A stretch of 63,149 nucleotides of DNA, filler included, from Octopus bimaculoides (GCF_001194135.2; 4 parts of 3 records of this genome joined end to end with filler, not necessarily neighbours in it); one strand, 5' to 3'. Shown: positions 10,400 through 22,468, counted from the first letter of the whole stretch. Notes: generated by a model not told the origin, from the sequence alone. Translations and numbers: made by a program.

Positions 10400-12680
10400 T
10401 TCTCATACCCCATAGGAAATTTCTTGAGATGGAAAAGGATGTTTTTTTTTCCCACGTGTGGGGGTTGGGAGACGACTTTCAGAAAATTCACAAGATCTGA
10501 TTTTTCCCTCATAACTTTCAGGAAAATGGATGTACATTTATGAAATTTTATTGAAATACCGTTCAAATGGCACAAATTACGATTTTAAAGAAATTTCTAG
10601 GGAAAATTTTTTCTGAAGAGGTGGGGAGAGAACTATCGGAAAATTCACACAATCCATTTTATTTCCTCTCATAACTTTCAGGAAAAAGGATATCTTTTGA
10701 TGAAATTTCAAACAGCATAGATTACGATTATAAAGAAATTTGTGGGGAAAATGTTTTCCGAAGGGGTGGGGAGAGGACTGTAGGAAAGTTCACAGGATTT
10801 GTTTTTTTTTTAACAACNNNNNNNNNNNNNNNNNNNNNNNNNNNNNNNNNNNNAAAAAAAAAAAAAAAAATCACGATTTTCATGTGGAATCAATTCCCTT
10901 GACTTCCTACTTTCCCACAAATCTCATATTTTGGTGGTTCGAAAAGGGGGCGGGGACGTCCCCGACAGGTTATAGGAACGTAAACACACCAACATCAGTT
11001 GTCAAGTGATGGTGGGAGGACAAATACAAACAAATACATACATACATGCATATATATATATATGAAACCGATAGAATAAGTACTAGGCTTACAAAGAATA
11101 AGTCCTGGGGTTGATTTGTTCGACTAAAAGCAGTGCTCCAGCATGGCCACAGTCAAATGACTGAAACAAGTAAAAGATATTTTAATTTCATTTATGTCTC
11201 CCCTCTCTTTCAAGGAAGGCTCATTCTTTCTTACTTTATCCATAGTCTCTCATCATTCTATCTTTCTCTCTCACTCTCCACACAAAAATGAAATGCATTA
11301 GTTACCCCATTGGTGCCAAAAAATTCCAAAAGGAAATTGAAATTTTTTTTTCTAATTGACTTGATCCCATATCAAATCTATTCTGCAATTTGGGGTTAAT
11401 ATATCCAGTGATTTTAAGAGGTATGTAAAAGAAATTTTATTTTAACATTATACTTTTACCTGTTTCACACACACAAACATTTTTAAAAAGACTTTATTCT
11501 TTATGTCTTCTGCCCAGACTCCGTTAGCACTAACTTTAGTATTTTCACCTATTCTTCTCAAACTTGCTTGAATTTTCAATCTAATGTAACCTACACTCTC
11601 AAAAACACATTTCTATAAAATATTATCTAAAAGTATGGGTAAAGACAAGGAGCTAATGCAGTTTTTCACCTCACCTTCAAAAATGCATTTTAAAAAAATT
11701 TCTTCAGATTCCTAAGTTTTATTTAGATATTGGAGACATGCAAAAAAAAAAAAAAAAAAAAAAAAAAGACAGTTTGATTGAGGCAAGGCAGGAAAATCTA
11801 ATCGGGATTATTATATATATTATATCCAGTGATTTTAAGAGGTAGGAAAAAGATATTTTGTTAATATTTTACTCCATTTCACTCATACATGCAAAAACTC
11901 TAACATGAATTTATCTCATATTGAACTTATCGTCTGTCTCTCCACACTTCGTTACCACTAACTTCTATAACCTCTGCATCTTCACTTACTCATTTCAAAC
12001 TTCTTTCAATTTTCAATCTAATGTAATCCACACTCTCTTGAAAAAGTATTTCTGCAAAATGTTATCTAAAATTATGGGTAAAGAGAGAAATAGCAAAAAA
12101 TATTTGAAAATGGGGGTGGGGGTGAAATTTCCGAGGCTTCCGCCCCCACCCAGTTTTCTGGACCCCAAAAAGGGTTTTGTAGCATATTAGGAGGTCACCG
12201 GAATTCATTCACCGAAAAAGAAAAATTTCCAATGATTCCGGGATAGGGGGCGGTTTCCCACCCACCCCCTTTTTTCCGAACAAAACTAAGGAGTTTGCAG
12301 CATATTATGAGGTCAGGTGACTTGATTTCTGGTAAAAAAAATCAGTGTTTTTTTTTTCTTAGTGAAAATCGTGCAGGTGAAAAGATCAATGGCGGTGGGG
12401 GTGAAATTTCTGAGGCTTCCACCTCACCCCACCCCGTTTTCCGAACTCAAAAATGGGTTTTTTGTAGCATATGAGGTCACCGGAATTCATTCACCGAAAA
12501 AGAAAAATTTCCAATGATTCCGGGATAGGGGGCGGTTTCCCACCCACCCCCTTTTTTCCGAACAAAACTAAGGAGTTTGCAGCATATTAGGAGGCGTGGG
12601 TACTTGATTCCAAGCAAAAAATCCGATTTTTTTTTCTTAGTGAAAATCGTGCGGGTGAAAGAATCAAATAATACCATTAT
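10400..12680. repeat. Unclassified repeat with several internal tandem or near-tandem duplications
   Basis: Near-identical 282-bp-period pair (gaggtcaccggaattc at 12191 and 12473); 421-bp-spaced diverged pair (atatccagtgattttaagaggta at 11401 and 11822); ~190-bp diverged pair near 10470-10810. Confidence 0.75.
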
Positions 12681-13535
12681 TTTTACGTGCTCAAAATATG
12701 GTGTGTAGGAAATTAAGGTACAATATAAATTAGTTATTTCGATCAACTTTCTCAAGATAATTCAAGCCTTGCGCCAAATTAAGGAAAGTAGTAAAAATAT
12801 TAATAACTGAATTTTAGCTTTCACTTACATCATATGATTTTTCGTCGCCTGCTGTCATTTTTGTGTTCTTGTGTTCATATGACAGAGTCTCCATGGTGTG
12901 TTGTATGCGCTTAAGTAAGAAAAAACCTTGATATTCAAAGTGTGATAATGTGTCGAAAGATAACGAGTGTTTCATCAGTTTTCTAAGAAATGTCATATGT
13001 TCTGATATATTTAAGCTAAAGTTTGGTAAACAAATTTAAATTTAGGTTGAAGAAAACTTCTCCGTAGTAGCTTGATTTAAAATCACACCCTTTCGTCATA
13101 AAAAGAAAAAATATAATTCAGTCTTAAGTGTATATAGACAGGGCGGTTATGAACGTTAGAATAGTTTTGTACTTATAATTGCAATAGTAGCAATAACTAT
13201 TTTCCTAAAAAATTGAAAGTATTTCACATCAAGAGATGTTGTTAGTCTCTAATTGGATATATTTAAAACTTTTAAAATCTTTTGTTATTGTTTAGCCCCA
13301 GGTCATTGATTATTCGCCGAAGCCTGTATGTATGCATATATGTTTGTATGTATGATTTTATCATCCAACGTTCAATTCCTTCTTTAAGACGATGGTAGAA
13401 TGTGGTTTGAGCGAGATTTGGCTACTATTTCTAGCATGTGGAGCAACAGTGTGGAAGCCCTTCTTCCGTATTATGTCGGTCCAGTCACACAGCTGTTACC
13501 AACTGCCAACCTTCCGTGCCACCACTTGTTCAATG

Positions 13536-14097
13536 GGCACTATCATGCTATTAGCTGTCAGAAGTGAAAGTGCTCACTGCTAGTGAAGTATCTGTCTGTC
13601 TGCCTGCCTGTTGCTGGCCTGTCGATTCTTTGGCTACTGACAGCGAATACCATGACTGGCCGGAGCGAGCTATGTCTGTCTGTCTGTCTCTCTCTCTATC
13701 TATCTATCTATTACTCGAAAGTTCGCGCTAGCTAGTCGTGAGTGGTCGATCCTATTATTTTTAAAATTCAAACTTCATTTGTTTTCTATTTTGATAAATT
13801 CTCTCTGTTGAAAATTATATTTTTATATTTTAAATAATTTGCAATTTCAGGAAATATGTTTTTATATTAAATTTGTGTTTACTACTCACGACTAGCTAGC
13901 GCGGACGCGCGAACTTTCGAGTAATAGATAGATAGATAGAGAGAGAGACAGACAGACATATAGCTCGCTCTGGCCAGTCATGGTATTAGCTGTCAGTAGC
14001 CAAAGAATCGACAGGCCAGCAACAGGCAGGCAGGCAGACAGATACTTCACTAGCAGTGAGCACTTTCACTTCTGACAGCTAATAGCATGATAGTGCC
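13536..14097. mobile_element. 562-bp foldback/MITE-like element with ~210-bp TIRs and 8-bp TSD
   Basis: Arm 13536-13743 is the reverse complement of 13884-14097, around a 140-bp AT-rich spacer. gttcaatg lies on both flanks (13528-13535, 14098-14105). Termini are GGCAC...GTGCC. Confidence 0.9.
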
Positions 14098-14789
14098 GTT
14101 CAATGTTATGTCATATGTGCTGAGGCCACATAACCTACTGTTTTCCATGTTTTACTTATTCTTCAGTATAAAATACGATCGCTGCATTTTTATCCTTTAA
14201 ATGTCTACATTATCTAATCCCAGGTCAGACTTGGCTGAACAGAATTATATCCAAAGTAGCCTTCTTTCTTTTTAAGGCAGTAGAAATTAATTTGAGGGGT
14301 AGTTATTTCCGCCAGATTGAATAACTCATTTGACGGCTCGAAATGCTTAGACTTTTGTTAAAATTAAAAAGCTAAGTATTAACCTATTTGTGTACGTACA
14401 TACTTTGTCATGTGTTCTCTTACAAATCTCTATTGTTTGAATATGAATAAAAGCTAACACATTTTGAACTTGAGAAAAAGTTTTGCGTATTTAAAATGTT
14501 TTTCTAAAAATTTGTTTATTCTTATGTTTTGTTCATATCTACTCGCTACGATTTGAAAAACAAGGCATTCTCAGACACATAGAAAAATGCTACTTTGTTT
14601 ACATATGGCTAGAAAAATTTGTTATATATTGATTACCAACATATTTTTACAGGAAGAAAGAAAGAAAAGAACATTAAAAACATAAAAGATCAAATTATTG
14701 AGAAAGAAAAAAGGACTACTTAACAAAGGAAACAAAAAGAATAAAAAGAGAATTAAGCATCAAAAGTTGGTGCGGGAGGAAGTAACAGG

Positions 14790-14985
14790 TCGTGCACCCA
14801 GACTAATTGGCGCGTTCAGCCGCGTCTCGCAGACATAACTGCAAAGGCGGTGCTGTGGAGAATGGCCACTGACACTCTCTACAAAAACCATCCCCAGTCG
14901 GTTAGCTGTTAGCTCAATTTTACGGAGGAAATCAGCAGTACAGTGTCCAAGAGCATCTAAGGTCTCGACAGCAATTAAACAGGCT
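14790..14985 (-). mobile_element. C-terminal fragment of a restriction-like-endonuclease (CRE/R2-group) non-LTR retrotransposon
   Basis: LIAVETLDALGHCTADFLRKI...QHRLCSYV...NAPISLG resembles the terminal P.AVET.G..G...FL...QRLSVA.QRGNA..LG motif. Confidence 0.55.
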
Positions 14986-15419
14986 CCTCTCTCTCTCCTC
15001 CCCTTCTCTCTCCTCCTCCCTCTCTCTCTCTCCACGTTAGGGGCGGCGATACACTGATGCAGCAATGTTGAAACTGGAGAACGTACCGCAGCACATTGCA
15101 TGTTAGTTTCTTTTTCTGAAACTCACCAGCTTGTCGCTTAAGCATTTACTCACAAAGCCATGTGAATTCATAACCTGGGTATAGAAGCTGAAAATTTCGA
15201 CTCAGCTGTCTGTAGTTATCCTCTTTCCTTCTGAATTTCGGAGAGATATTCACATGAGCAGGACAGCTGATCTCTATGTCGGTTTCATACTCTTTGTTGT
15301 CTGTCCCAAACAACAAATACGACCTGTTAAGTTTGTACTTGGTGGAAGTTTTGATGAGAATGTTCCACCAATAATCTTTGTGTTAATACTTATATATTTA
15401 ACAGGGGAGTTCTCTAGGG

Positions 15420-15687
15420 CAGGGGTTTTCAAACTGTGGTCCGCAAGGACAACACAGGGGTCCGTGGACAGCAAATACTTTTTATGGACAATTTGATTTT
15501 ATATATGTTTTTTAATCGAAATCTTTTAATTGACAATAAACCTATTTGTTAAATAAATAAATGTAAAAATATATGTTATTTTAAGCAAATATTTATGTAT
15601 AAATTTCGTAAGCGTTTATAAGGGGGTCTCTAAGGTAAAGCCTGAAATATAAAGGGGTCCGCAAGTCAAAAAGTTTGAAAACCCCTG
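15420..15687. mobile_element. hAT (Buster/Charlie-type) MITE, 268 bp
   Basis: Perfect 16-bp TIRs caggggttttcaaact / agtttgaaaacccctg. TSD ctctaggg/ctctaggc with central TA. Confidence 0.9.
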
Positions 15688-15977
15688 CTCTAGGCTATGG
15701 GGCAAAATGAGTAACTTCTGATTTCTTGTTAGTTTTTCTCTACCTGTTTGAAATTAATATATTGCAAGTATTGCATCGTTATTTTGTAGTGTTGCGTATT
15801 TTTCTAAGTCTTGGGTCATATTTTCAGGTCAGTCTGTTTATTTTTGCAGCACCTTTGTTATATGTTTTCATGAATGCCTGGATATGTATAGTGTACTTTG
15901 TGTGGAACATGAGAGATAGAACTAATGATGCACAGTTTGGAGAACTGATTTTCCACTTCCAACATTCATTCAAAAAT

Positions 15978-16400
15978 AGGTGTAGGCGTGGCTTTGTGAT
16001 AGAAAGTTTGCTTCCCAACCGCATGGTTCCATTTTCAGTCACACTGCGTGGCACCTTGGGTAAGTGATTTCTACAATAGCCAAGGGCCAACAAAAGCCTT
16101 GTGTGTGTATTTGGTATACAGAAACTGAAAGAAGCCTGTGATATATATATATTTATATATTATACATACTTGTGCATGTGTCTTTGTTTCTATGTTTGTC
16201 TCCCACCACTGCTTGATAACTGGTGTTGGTGTGTTTACATCCCTGTAACTTAGCAGTTTGACAAGAGACTGATAGAATTAATACCAGGCTTAAAAAAGTA
16301 AAATAAGTGTTGGGGTTGATTTTTATGACTAAAATTCTTCAAGGCAGTGCCCCAGCATGGCCACAATCTAATGCCTAAAACAAGTAAAAGATGAAAGATA
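15978..16400 (+). mobile_element. tRNA-derived SINE, family B (head gtggctgtgtggtaag..., tail tgaaacaagtaaaag), CpG-decayed copy
   Basis: Colinear with the reverse complement of copies at 37343-37760 and 42680-43126. Confidence 0.85.
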
Positions 16401-16579
16401 AATCAAATGATAACACTTTTTATTAGCCAAATTTTATTCCTATGTCAGCTGAAAATGCCATTGACACCAGCTGTTCTTTTGTCGATATAAACATTTTAAA
16501 CATAGATCTCAGGTCATCCACAAAGAAATTATGGGTTAACATTGGTACATGTAGCAGGTGCAGACCGTAGCATATAGCC

Positions 16580-17400
16580 ATTGGATTTTTATAACAGAAA
16601 TGTTCACAGATTCAATGTCAAAATAAAAAGAATTACAGGAAAAATAACTGTTTGGAATATTTCCTTCAAGGTATTTATAACATCAGAAACAGTCGTTCAG
16701 CTTACTGTTGTAAATAAGAGGATTGTTGTCCAGGTCTTTGTGAGCCTTTCAATGACAGAGGCTAAGGTACTTTTGTTAAGTGCAGAGACTTTAGCAGCCA
16801 TAAGTAGGGAGTAGAATCAAATGTTTTCCTATAATTGAGCCATACTGTTACAAGGTTTCTACAATGTTTTCTTATTTCAAACAGACCAGCTTTGTTTATA
16901 AAACGTTGTTTGGCATATCCCCACACTCTCTTCTTCCTATCTGCTTGCTCATCAGTCACTATGTTGTTGAATTCATGATGATCCTGGAGAGATAAGTTGA
17001 GATAACTTGTGTAAAGTGTGTTTATGATGTTTAGGCAAGCAATGAGCCAATAGTTTTCTGTTAGCTCAATGGTTTCATTCTTGGTCATAAGATTTGTCCA
17101 TGCTATAACAAGCCAGTTTGGTATCTCAATCTAACCTTCCATAGTTCTTTTGGCATTCTGTAGAAAGTCAGTCTCTTGATCCAGTATTCAACCATTAGGT
17201 CTCTTCCATGTGTCTTCCCATTGTGCACTTTGCCTACAGCTATGGTGAAAATTCCAAAGTTGGTTGTGCATGATTTGCTATTGATATTAGTATAGTATTC
17301 TTTCTTTACTGAATTTTACCACAATGCATTCTGGTTGAAATCATTTTCATTCCAGATCTTAGACCAGAATGATTCAAGATATTCTTGAAAAAGGGTGTAA
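16580..17400 (-). mobile_element. R4/Dong-like non-LTR retrotransposon RT fragment
   Basis: EQADRKKRVWGYAKQRFINKA...RNLVTVWLNYRKTFDSTPYLWL matches EQ.G.R....GCK.QL.IDK...RNL..AW.DYKKAFDSVPH.WL; downstream SDVINTLKEIFQ matches the GIFQGD region. Confidence 0.75.
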
Positions 17401-17521
17401 ATGGTGAATATAGTAATAGTTGTCATTGTGACTTTAGTCTCTCTCTATCACCTTTCAACATAATTATGTATGAAGAGACATTAGAACAATTAACAACATA
17501 ATAAAAAGGTTTTATTTATGA

Positions 17522-17612
17522 CTGGCAGAAATACCCGGCGTTGCCCGGGTTAAAGAGAATAATGAAATCTAAAAACGCCGTCTAAACTACGCATCATCTT
17601 TATATATAGAGA
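17522..17612 (-). mobile_element. 91-bp non-autonomous Helitron-like element
   Basis: Minus strand: A|TCTCTATATATAAAG start, subterminal hairpin cccgg-gcaacg-ccggg, end tctgCCAG|T (CTAG variant), inserted at AT. Confidence 0.65.
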
Positions 17613-18506
17613 TGTATATACACACACGCACTCAAACACACGTATATATATGTATATCAATATAAATAAATGAAAGTCAATGAAGTTTCGTAAAAGAAGG
17701 TGATCATGTACATACTTTCTTGCTGTTGTGATTATAACACCTCATTGTAAACTATGCTCCTTGTTTTCCCTTGTGGAGCATATGCAAATAGGCTTTTTGT
17801 TGCTGCCCACTCTTGAGCAGCCAACATACAGTTGTCCATGTGAGAAGCAGGGCTCTTCCAAGNNNNNNNNNNNNNNNNNNNNNNNNNNNNNNNNNNNNNN
17901 NNNNNNNNNNNNNNNNNNNNNNNNNNNNNNNNNNNNNNNNNNNNNNNNNNNNNNNNNNNNNNNNNNNNNNNNNNNNNNNNNNNNNNNNNNNNNNNNNNNN
18001 NNNNNNNNNNNNNNNNNNNNNNNNNNNNNNNNNNNNNNNNNNNNNNNNNNNNNNNNNNNNNNNNNNNNNNNNNNNNNNNNNNNNNNNNNNNNNNNNNNNN
18101 NNNNNNNNNNNNNNNNNNNNNNNNNNNNNNNNNNNNNNNNNNNNNNNNNNNNNNNNNNNNNNNNNNNNNNNNNNNNNNNNNNNNNNNNNNNNNNNNNNNN
18201 NNNNNNNNNNNNNNNNNNNNNNNNNNNNNNNNNNNNNNNNNNNNNNNNNNNNNNNNNNNNNNNNNNNNNNNNNNNNNNNNNNNNNNNNNNNNNNNNNNNN
18301 NNNNNNNNNNNNNNNNNNNNNNNNNNNNNNNNNNNNNNNNNNNNNNNNNNNNNNNNNNNNNNNNNNNNNNNNNNNNNNNNNNNNNNNNNNNNNNNNNNNN
18401 NNNNNNNNNNNNNNNNNNNNNNNNNNNNNNNNNNNNNNNNNNNNNNNNNNNNNNNNNNNNNNNNNNNNNNNNNNNNNNNNNNNNNNNNNNNNNNNNNNNN
18501 NNNNNA

Positions 18507-18725
18507 TAGTTTCATTTTTAAAGTGAAAGTATTTGACATGAGTGTTTTTGTTTCACTTTTGACACGTAATACTTAAATAGTGGAGGAGATATTATGTTGC
18601 CGTGTGCTCGAACTCTGCAAGAAGTTAATAATTTTTTTGACTAAAACACAACTGGAACCCTAAGTAAGGCATGTGTAAAATTTGAATGAAATTGGTTGCG
18701 TAGTTCTCGAGTTTTAGAGATTCAC

Positions 18726-18760
<35 letters not shown>

Positions 18761-18786
18761 CACATTCTCATTTTTATATATATAGA
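18507..18786 (-). mobile_element. 5' part of a non-autonomous Helitron with (GTCT)n; 3' end probably in the gap
   Basis: Minus strand A|TCTATATATATAAAAATGAGAATGTGTGTCTGTCTG..., the Helitron 5' TC plus internal tetranucleotide pattern. Confidence 0.65.
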
Positions 18787-19035
18787 TGAAGATGATAGAT
18801 GATGCTTGGTTATACAAATCCTGTGTCACTCTGCTTAGCAGCCGCTGATTAAGTTGTAATTGGTATTGGAAGGTTAAGAGCTTCCTTGATGCATGCCAGA
18901 GGAGCAAATAGCTATTATATCGATAGCATCGTGGTGAAAAGTGCTTCGTGGAGGAGCGAGGTGTTGTCACGTTGAAGGTCTCTCACTCAACTCTCTGAGA
19001 AAGTGAAACTCACTCTTTAAGTACTAGTTTTACTA

Positions 19036-19110
19036 CGCATGCGCACTCGAGGGGCTTCCGGTGGTGAAGTCTCTTGCGCATGCGCAGAATAGTACTTCCT
19101 CAATGGCGGC
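19036..19110 (+). promoter_or_regulatory. Cluster of NRF1-, ETS- and YY1-like motifs in a CpG-rich patch
   Basis: cgcatgcgca 19036-19045, cttccgg 19055-19061, tgcgcatgcgca 19075-19086, aatggcggc 19102-19110. Confidence 0.45.
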
Positions 19111-21414
19111 TATAATTTCGCGCCACTACAAGGGCTTTCTTAATGGTAATGTTTTCCCTCTTCATCTCAGTATAATACCTGTAGATTAGAAGCAAACTTG
19201 TGATTTATACTGGCTTGCTCTAAAAATTTTACTTAGATAACAAAGTTTTTCACTCAGCATCCTGAGTCTGTGTTCTAAAGTAACTAGATATCCCTCAAGA
19301 GCTTGGCATGAAAGGTCATTGTAGACTTTTGTTATTTTTTGTATATGATGTAATTAACAAGGTTTGAACTCATTATTACTCCCACGTTATCTTCATTACT
19401 TAGGAAAATAACCAGAAATGATGATAGAAAGAGAATCCAACAAGATCTAGAGAAGTTGTACATGAAAGAATTTGAAATGGTGAAGACACACCAGATTAAG
19501 AAGTTTATGAAACTCAAAGGTCAGAGAATGAAGACTGAAGCCCGTTACCTACCTGTGAAAGCAGTAATTAATGTAAGTAGCCGACATCTAGAAAGCTCTG
19601 AAGAAGCTGTACTAAACAAAGGTCTCAACTTTACGACAACCATCAAGCACATTCCATACATGGACATAATAGCCCCTATTGAAGAGATAGCCGTAAAGAT
19701 ACCAAAAGCTCAGGGAGATGAACTAAGGTGGAAAGTGAGATAGGTACTAGAAAAAGCAAAACTTCCTAAACCAAACATCATTAAGGAAGAAAAGTTTGCT
19801 ATCAAAAAACTACAGAGTGACAATTCCATCATAATACTTCCAGCAGCCAAGGGAAATGCTACAGTGGTGATGAACCAGTTTGACTACTCGGGAAAATTGG
19901 CAAGTCTTATAAGTGATGGTAGCTACAGCAAAGTAAAAAAGACCCAACTCTGAAAACAGAGAGGAAGTTGTCACAGATCTTGATCAAGAACAAGGATCGC
20001 TCTACACCAATGAAGTACAGACAACTGACTCAACACTACAATAAACTACCACACATGTATGGTCTCCCTAAGATTTACAAGGATGGTATTCCATTAAGAC
20101 CTATAGTGAGCTGTAGAGGTTCAGCATGTCATCCACTCAGCCGCTTCCTTGTGGATATAATCAGTCTATTAAGCAGGAAAGTCAACATCGTACATGAAGA
20201 ATTCCATCCACTTCACAGAATTGATCAAGGAAAACCCCTTTGAATCCAACCAGATGGTGAGTCTAGATATGATAAGTCTGTTCACCAAAGTCCCAACTGG
20301 TGAAGCACTATCAGTGATTCAAGAAAAACTAGTGACAGACACCCATCTAAAAGAACGCACTAGTATACCAATAAGAAACTTGATGGAAAAGTTGACCTTT
20401 TGTGTAGAAACTACCTACTTCACTATGACCACTGATATATATCAACAGGAAGAGGGTTTAGCTATGGATTCGCCATTATCACCGATAATAGCCAATATAT
20501 ACATAGTTGTGATATGTTGACGACACCTTTATACTCTGGCCCACCAGGAAGATGTCCAAGTGCTGTTAGATCATGTGAACTCAATAAAGCCATCCATACA
20601 GTTCACAATGGAAAAGGAAAAAGACAATCAGCTTGCATTCCTGGATTTATTAATAACATGCACGAAGTATGGATTCAGGACATCCGTATATCACAAGCCA
20701 ACCTTCACTGGATGATACCTCAACTTCAATTCCCACCATTCATACAGTGTAAAGAGAGAAATTGCTCAGTGCCTAAAATATCGAGCAAAGAATATAAGTA
20801 GCGATCGTGATACCCACCACGAAGAAATGATCAAGCTCAGTAACAATCTATTAAGAAACAACTACCCCAAAAACATACTATCTACTCCAATTATAAAGAA
20901 AAGAGAGGACGAAACCAATAAACTGCCCACAGTCTGTCTACCCTATGTGAAAAGCCTCTCCGAAAAGATACAAAAGAAATGCAGCCCATATGACATCAGG
21001 AACATATTCAAAAGTAATACAACACTTTGCAAATATCTCCTTGAAGTAAAACCACCAATAGAAGAGAATATGACAAAAAACTGTGTGTACTCCATCCCAT
21101 GCAGCTGTGGTAGGTTATATAAAGGCGAAACATATCGCCCCCTCAAAATAAGAGTAGAGGAACATTGAAAAGCTGTGACACAAGGAGATATTGATAAACC
21201 GGGTATAGCTGATCATGTATGGGAAAATGGAGACCACCTCCCCCTGTGGGGTGAAGTTAAAATGATAGACAGAGAACACCACTGGAAAATACAAAAACTA
21301 AAAGAAGCAGCACATATGCTAGGACACAACAACCTCCTAAGCAGACCGAGTGCAGATATGAATAGCATATGGGAACCAGTACTAAGGAAGGATAGGAAAA
21401 TATTAGACTTGTAA
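19103..21414 (+). mobile_element. Near full-length degenerate Penelope/Poseidon-type PLE (RT plus GIY-YIG)
   Basis: VLNKGLNF, ILPAAKGNATVVM, YGLPKIYKDGIPLRPIVS, SLDMISLFTKVP, GLAMDSPLSPIIANIY, FTMEKEKDNQLAFLD, CVYSIPCSCGRLYKGET..LKIRVEEH, IADHVW. The 5' boundary is tentative. Confidence 0.92.
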
Positions 21415-21444
21415 ACCCTAAAATTCACCCCATTATTGCCCATG

Positions 21445-21660
21445 GGCATATGGTGTAGTGGTTAAGATTCCGAGTTCGATTCCAGGCAATGACCTGAATA
21501 ATAATAATAACATTGAAAAATACCTTAGGAATGAGAACTCAGGTTCAAAATTTCCCCCAAGACACCTGATGAAGGCTGGAGGGTATATCAACCAAAACGT
21601 ATTAACAACAAACAAGATGAGGATAAATATCTGTCAAATGTAAATAATTATCAGTAACTT
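21445..21660 (+). mobile_element. tRNA-headed SINE-like element carrying a hammerhead motif
   Basis: A-box-like tggtgtagtgg 21451-21461, B-box-like gagttcgattcc 21472-21483, (AAT)n, then gacacCTGATGAaggctg...caaccaaaacg 21561-21599. The 3' part is shared with 50773-50891 (-). Confidence 0.65.
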
Positions 21661-22260
21661 TCAACATGTAAGTAGTTTTTTCTTTTTTTATTCTTGTTAA
21701 AAAAGGCTTGTCAATCAAAAACAGCTTAGAAAAACTGGAAAAGTCTTTTATGAACTATGGTTTCAAAAATGTTCTTAAGCTAAATATATTTCAGTTGCCT
21801 TTGAGAGTTTAGTGGTGGCAGCAGCAGTTTGTTTACATTATTTTGGATCTCCCTTAGGTCAGATTTTAGCTGATTCTCAGTGTTTTGAGAAAATCCATTG
21901 GCAGCATGAAAGTTGAAATGGCAATTACTATCTGTGATAGCTATTTGGTTTTCATAAAGAAAGACGCTTGTTGCTGAACCTGTTTTACCGTAAAATAGTT
22001 TTCATGTTTGTGTGAACTTCATTTTAGTATTTTTAAGTTGCTTCATATAGCCGATTCATCACGGATTTTTACAAAGCTATGAAATACAATAGATTTTGGT
22101 CTAAATGTTCACTAAATAAAGTGAGAAGAGTAATTATGTCGTTTTAAATAACATGTTTTGTAGTACTCCTTGTGTTGGTGTTAAATTTCAGTCATGATCA
22201 TACTAGTGAGATTTCTTGTAGTATTAGATATATTTTGTAATCTGGTCTGAATAATCTTTT

Positions 22261-22468
22261 CTAATTTAGGCACAAGGCCCAAAACTTTGGGGGAGGGGCC
22301 AGTCGATTAGATCAACCCCAGTACGCAACTGGTACTTAATTTATCAACCCTGAAAAGATGAAAGGCAAAGTCGACCTCAGCGGAATTTGAACTCAGAACA
22401 TAAAGACAGACGAAATACCACTAAGCATTTTGCCCAGCGTGCTAACGTTTCTGCTAGCTCGCCACCAT
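22261..22468 (-). mobile_element. tRNA-derived SINE, family A (head ggcggcgagctggcagaa...)
   Basis: Reverse complement aligns by eye to the copy at 37857-38092; different 3' tail subtype. Confidence 0.85.

Noticed and set aside
21795-21857. 63-nt phase-1 exon-like stretch (AFESLVVAAAVCLHYFGSPL) on +
   Set aside because: Splice sites are plausible, but there is no recognisable domain or reliable partner exon; compatible with chance.
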